This document shows, in pieces, positions 60,024-64,000 of a DNA stretch of 64,000 bases (the first letter of the stretch is position 1; each line of letters begins with the position of its first letter). This DNA is from an uncultured delta proteobacterium (lineage in GTDB: Bacteria > Desulfobacterota > Syntrophia > Syntrophales > UBA5619), in the NCBI GenBank assembly GCA_963817385.1, contig CAWFOM010000016.1, positions 96,001-160,000 on the forward strand, written 5' to 3'. The notes under the pieces are model-generated. The model saw only the letters and a list, made by a program, of their open reading frames with translations, was not told the DNA's origin and did no database searches. Made by a program: the position numbers and the translations under genes.

Positions 60024-61613
60024 CTAAGCGGGGGTTCCTCCTCTTTCGTAACCTTTCCCTCCGCCCCGGCCGCTCCGCCGCCGTGGCCGTTTCTTCTTGC
60101 CACCGGTTATCTCCATCCGCTCGCCCGCCGGCGGCTCCGGCGCCTCTTCCACCGTATCTCCCGTCGGCGACTGGGGCGGGGCCTGGAGGGTCCGCTGATA
60201 GTAATCGTCCAGAAGCATGGCGATCAGTGGTGAGTCCTCCTCCGCCTCGGCCAGGGACCTGCCGAGCGGGATGAATCGCCGCATCCGCTCGTTCTCGAGG
60301 CCGTCGCGCGACCGGAGATTCGCCTCCAGGGAGGCGATGATCCGCTGGGCGACGATCGCCTCGACATCCTCATCGGTGGGCATCGCTTTCTCGTGAAGAT
60401 TGATATTGAAGTTCCGGGCGATCGACCGGAGATTGAACTGCTCCATACCGGCCACCAGCGTTATGGCCGTGCCGCTTGCGCCGACGCGTCCCGTCCGCCC
60501 TGCGCGGTGGATGTAGAGCTCCGGGTCATCCGGGGGTTCGTACTGGATCACATGCGACAGATCGGGGATATCGATCCCGCGGGCCGCCACATCAGTCGCC
60601 ACGAGGAAGCGCAGCGCTCCCTTGCGCACCCGCCCCATCACCCGCTCCCGCGCCCCCTGGGCGAGGTCGGAGCTGAGTTCATCGGCGTCGTAGCCGAAGC
60701 GCTTCAGGACGACCGTTACATAGTGCACGGTCGATTTCATGTTGCAGAAGATGATCGCCGAAACAGGATTTTCCATCTCGATGATCCGGACGAGGGAACG
60801 CTCCCGCTGCATCCCCGGCACGAGATAAAAGACGTGATCGGTCCCGGCCACATGGACATGCTCCCGGCTCAGACTCAGGAACTCCGGATTGCGGAGGAAT
60901 TCTCCGGCGAGCCGGATCACGTAGGACGGAAAGGTCGCGGAGAACATGTAACCGTTGATCGACCGGCGCGGCAGGAACTGTTGGACCCGCTTCATGTCGG
61001 GATAGAATCCCATCGAGAGCATCCGGTCCGCCTCGTCGAAAACGAGGATCTTGAGAGCGTCGAGATTGAGCGTCCCCTTGAGGAGGTGGTCGAGTATCCG
61101 CCCCGGCGTTCCCACGACGATCTGCGCCCCGTCGCGGAAGGCGTCGAGCTGGGGTCCGTACTTAACGCCGCCATAGACCACGGCCGTCCGCACCCCGCGG
61201 TCTCCCCGAAGAAGCTCCGTCTCGCGGGCGACCTGCTGGGCCAATTCGCGGGTGGGCACAAGGACCAGGGCCTGGCAGGCGGTCTTCGCCGCATCGATCC
61301 GCTCGAGGATCGGCAGGATGAAGGCGCCCGTCTTGCCGCTCCCCGTCTGCGACTGGACCATCACATTGCGCCCCGCCAGCACGTAGGGGATCGCCCTCGC
61401 CTGCACCGGCAGGAGTTTCGTCCATCCCGCCCGCGCGCAGGCCGCTTGCAGTGACTCCGGCAATTCCTGCAGGATCACCTCCGGCAGGGCATTCTCTGGT
61501 TCGATCATCCGCTCCGGGCCCGGTTTCTGCGTACTCGGCTCCTCGATTACCGGCAGCTCTTCCGACCCGGCCGATCCGCCGTTTTTATTACGGTCTTCTT
61601 CCATGCTTTTCAC
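60024..61613 (-). CDS. DEAD-box RNA helicase
   Basis: QTGSGKT, PTRELA, TPGR, DEAD, SAT, ARGID, HRAGRTGR. Confidence 0.95.
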   Translation of the reverse strand: MKSMEEDRNKNGGSAGSEELPVIEEPSTQKPGPERMIEPENALPEVILQELPESLQAACARAGWTKLLPVQARAIPYVLAGRNVMVQSQTGSGKTGAFILPILERIDAAKTACQALVLVPTRELAQQVARETELLRGDRGVRTAVVYGGVKYGPQLDAFRDGAQIVVGTPGRILDHLLKGTLNLDALKILVFDEADRMLSMGFYPDMKRVQQFLPRRSINGYMFSATFPSYVIRLAGEFLRNPEFLSLSREHVHVAGTDHVFYLVPGMQRERSLVRIIEMENPVSAIIFCNMKSTVHYVTVVLKRFGYDADELSSDLAQGARERVMGRVRKGALRFLVATDVAARGIDIPDLSHVIQYEPPDDPELYIHRAGRTGRVGASGTAITLVAGMEQFNLRSIARNFNINLHEKAMPTDEDVEAIVAQRIIASLEANLRSRDGLENERMRRFIPLGRSLAEAEEDSPLIAMLLDDYYQRTLQAPPQSPTGDTVEEAPEPPAGERMEITGGKKKRPRRRSGRGGGKGYERGGTPA

Positions 61614-61717
61614 TCCCGATTCGTTATGGTGACAGGGGGGCTGATCGTCCGTATGCGGTCAAGGGTGACACACCCGACCCGGAGGGATGCGCGTTCTTCC
61701 TGTACTTTGTGGGAAGT

Positions 61718-61746
61718 ACTATACGCCGGAAAAAGCAGTATGTCAA
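61718..61746 (-). promoter_or_regulatory. Sigma70 promoter for DEAD helicase-typA
   Basis: TTGACA-N17-TATAGT on the minus strand. Confidence 0.7.
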
Positions 61747-61902
61747 GGCATTTGCGCGCTAAGTTACCGAATATCGTTAAACTTTTATAAACGGGCGGGC
61801 GGCGGCGCAGGAGTGCGTCCCAAAGGCAAATTTCCCTTGAAGTTGCACTCCCAATTTGTTAAGCGGAGCGGGCAGGCCTGCGGCGGGGAGCCGCTCCCGA
61901 TC

Positions 61903-63219
61903 ATGGAATCGATTATGGATCAAAAAAATTATCCGCCCGCATCGCTCGCCTGGCTTGTCTGGTGTCTGGGGGCGGCCTTTTACTTCAGCGGCTTCTACCA
62001 TCGCGTCGCCCCCGCCGTCATGACCGACCAGCTGATGGCCGATTTCAATATCGGCGCCGCGGCGCTGGGGAATTTCACCGCCTTCTATTTCTACAGCTAC
62101 TTCCTCATGCAGGTCCCGACCGGCATCCTCGCCGATCACTGGGGTCCCCGAAAACTCCTGACGGCCGGAGCACTCATCGCCGCCTGCGGGACTCTCCTGT
62201 TCGCCTCGGCCTCGTCTCTTATCCTGGCCGACCTGGGCCGGCTCCTCATCGGCGGCGCGGCCGGGGTCGGCTATGTCTCTCTGCTCTCGCTTGCGACACG
62301 CTGGTTTCCGGCCCGGTTCTTCGCCACCGTCAGCGGGCTCGCGCTCTTCAGCGGTGTCGCCGGGGCCGTATCAGCCGGCCCCCCGCTTCGCTTCCTCGTC
62401 GAGAGCTTCGGCTGGCGGGCGGTGATGTTCGCGGCGGCAGCGGCGCTCCTTGTAATCGGCGCGGCGATCTGGCGGATCGTCCGTGACGACCCCGCCCAAA
62501 AAGGCTACCGGAGCTATGCACCTCCCTATCCCGAGACCGCCGTTTCCCCCAAGACTCTCCTCGAAGGCCTGATGACGGTCCTCGGCTATAAAAACATCTG
62601 GTACCTCTCCCTCGTCGGCTGCGGTTTGACGGGACCGGTCCTCGCCTTTGCCGGGCTCTGGGGGGTGCCCTATATGACCGCCCTTCACGGGATCCCGACC
62701 GCCGCCAGCTCGGCCATCACCTCGACGCTTCTCATTAGCTACGCGGTAGGGGCCATCGTCCTGGGCATCGTGTCGGACCGGATCGGCCTGCGCAAACCGG
62801 TGATCGTCGGCGGCGCGATCGCGGCCACAATCGCCTGGATTCCGATCCTCTTCTTCCCCGGGATTCCGCTCTGGCTCCTTGTCTTGCTGGTCATCCTCGC
62901 GGGTCTCGCGAACGGGTCGGTGACCCTCGGCTTCGCCTTCGCAAAGGAGTCAGTACCGCCCCGGTTTGCCGGCACGACGAGCGGGATTTACAACATGGGT
63001 TCGATCCTCGGGGCGATGATCCTTCAACCCGCCATCGGCTGGCTCCTCGACCGCAATTGGCAGGGGGACCTTGTCGGCGGCGTGAGGATCTACGACCTGG
63101 CTGCCTATCGTTCGGGTTTTTCGCTCATCATCGCCGTATCGGCCCTGGCGATCCTGGGGGGCGTGTTTACCGCCGAAACCCACTGCCGGCAGGAGATGTC
63201 AGGGAAAAGCAATACCTGA
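61903..63219 (+). CDS. MFS transporter
   Basis: QVPTGILADHWGPRK, GIVSDRIGLRKP; about 12 TMs. Confidence 0.9.
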   Translation: MESIMDQKNYPPASLAWLVWCLGAAFYFSGFYHRVAPAVMTDQLMADFNIGAAALGNFTAFYFYSYFLMQVPTGILADHWGPRKLLTAGALIAACGTLLFASASSLILADLGRLLIGGAAGVGYVSLLSLATRWFPARFFATVSGLALFSGVAGAVSAGPPLRFLVESFGWRAVMFAAAAALLVIGAAIWRIVRDDPAQKGYRSYAPPYPETAVSPKTLLEGLMTVLGYKNIWYLSLVGCGLTGPVLAFAGLWGVPYMTALHGIPTAASSAITSTLLISYAVGAIVLGIVSDRIGLRKPVIVGGAIAATIAWIPILFFPGIPLWLLVLLVILAGLANGSVTLGFAFAKESVPPRFAGTTSGIYNMGSILGAMILQPAIGWLLDRNWQGDLVGGVRIYDLAAYRSGFSLIIAVSALAILGGVFTAETHCRQEMSGKSNT

Positions 63220-63235
63220 CGCGGATGAACAGAAA

Positions 63236-64000
63236 TCACTCCTCGATGCCGGCCAGCCGCTTGGCGGCCTTTATCTTGGCAAGCGTGTTCGATTCCCGGA
63301 AGATGGTGAGCCGATGCGCGGCCGGAGAACCGCCGCCATGGATATCGGAGATGGTATCCGCGCTTTCCATGGCCATCTTCTCGATCAGCCGGAACATTTT
63401 GACCCGGTTTTCGACCGGTACCTGGTCAACCCCTTTGAGGTACTTCTTCAGAAGCGGGCCGACGGCGGGATGGTCGAAATCCCGGTCGGACGGCAGATCC
63501 GCTACAAATCCGCCGGCCACATCGATCATCAGGCGCGTCGCCTCGGCCATCTCCTTCCCCTCGTGAATCTTGGAGGCATTTGCCAGAACCGGGTCGATGA
63601 AGTAGGTGCCCGACGGCATCCGCCTGCCCTCATAGGAGGCTGCCAGAGAGCAGCCGTAGAGCGTTTCGGCGCGATGGATCATATCGATCACCTTTTCCTT
63701 GTGATGACCGACCTTATCCGTCCCATTATACGCCATCATGGTCAGGGCCGCTCCCACCATGCAGTCGATCTTACCGGCCTTGCACCCGCCGTGGCTCTGA
63801 CGATGAAAGGCGGAGAAGTAGGCAACCAGGTCGGCGGCGAACTCCCATTCACCGCACAGAAACACCCGCTCCCACGGAACGAAGACATTATCGAAGATGA
63901 CCGTCGGGGCGTATTTGGAGTACTGGACGTTGCCGCAGTCGCACCCGTCCTGTTCCCGGGTGTCCAGGCTCGACCGGCCGACCACGTGGATGACGCCCGC
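63236..64000 (-). CDS. abfD: 4-hydroxybutyryl-CoA dehydratase / vinylacetyl-CoA isomerase (5' end outside window)
   Basis: IFDNVFVPWERVFLCGE, FHRQSHGGCKAG, LKKYLKG, HGGGSPAA. Confidence 0.82.
   Translation of the reverse strand, partial: AGVIHVVGRSSLDTREQDGCDCGNVQYSKYAPTVIFDNVFVPWERVFLCGEWEFAADLVAYFSAFHRQSHGGCKAGKIDCMVGAALTMMAYNGTDKVGHHKEKVIDMIHRAETLYGCSLAASYEGRRMPSGTYFIDPVLANASKIHEGKEMAEATRLMIDVAGGFVADLPSDRDFDHPAVGPLLKKYLKGVDQVPVENRVKMFRLIEKMAMESADTISDIHGGGSPAAHRLTIFRESNTLAKIKAAKRLAGIEE

Overview
GC-rich bacterial DNA whose gene content (tamAB, pilT/pilU pair, many acyl-CoA enzymes, sigma54 systems, c-di-GMP-I riboswitch) suggests an anaerobic Desulfobacterota/Syntrophales-like organism (inference). 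1-8.2 kb: pilT, pilU-like, pseudo-receiver, tamA and tamB on the minus strand. 8.5-36.7 kb: a large acyl-CoA catabolic region. It holds three acyl-CoA ligases, a 2-hydroxyacyl-CoA dehydratase pair without an activator, and a TetR with a perfect 32-bp palindrome. The palindrome sits between a minus-strand operon (three-subunit biotin carboxylase, hydratase, DUF849/BKACE, two non-canonical acyl-CoA dehydrogenases) and a plus-strand run (AMACR-like, dienoyl-CoA isomerase-like, DUF362, ACAD, ligase, thiolase, methyltransferase). 37-49.6 kb: an AT-richer accessory island with a GlrK/QseG/GlrR-like sigma54 system, two -24/-12 promoters, an FN3 lipoprotein ending in two CxxCH motifs, a riboswitch-controlled repeat adhesin, and IS630 elements. 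49.6-64 kb: MFS transporters, mtfA, amtB-glnK, a PLD nuclease, Crp/Fnr, nitroreductase, typA, a DEAD-box helicase and partial abfD. Twelve genic frameshifts all resolve as +1 insertions and most likely reflect long-read consensus errors. No CRISPR array, rRNA or tRNA was seen. All calls come from reading motifs by eye; no database searches were run.
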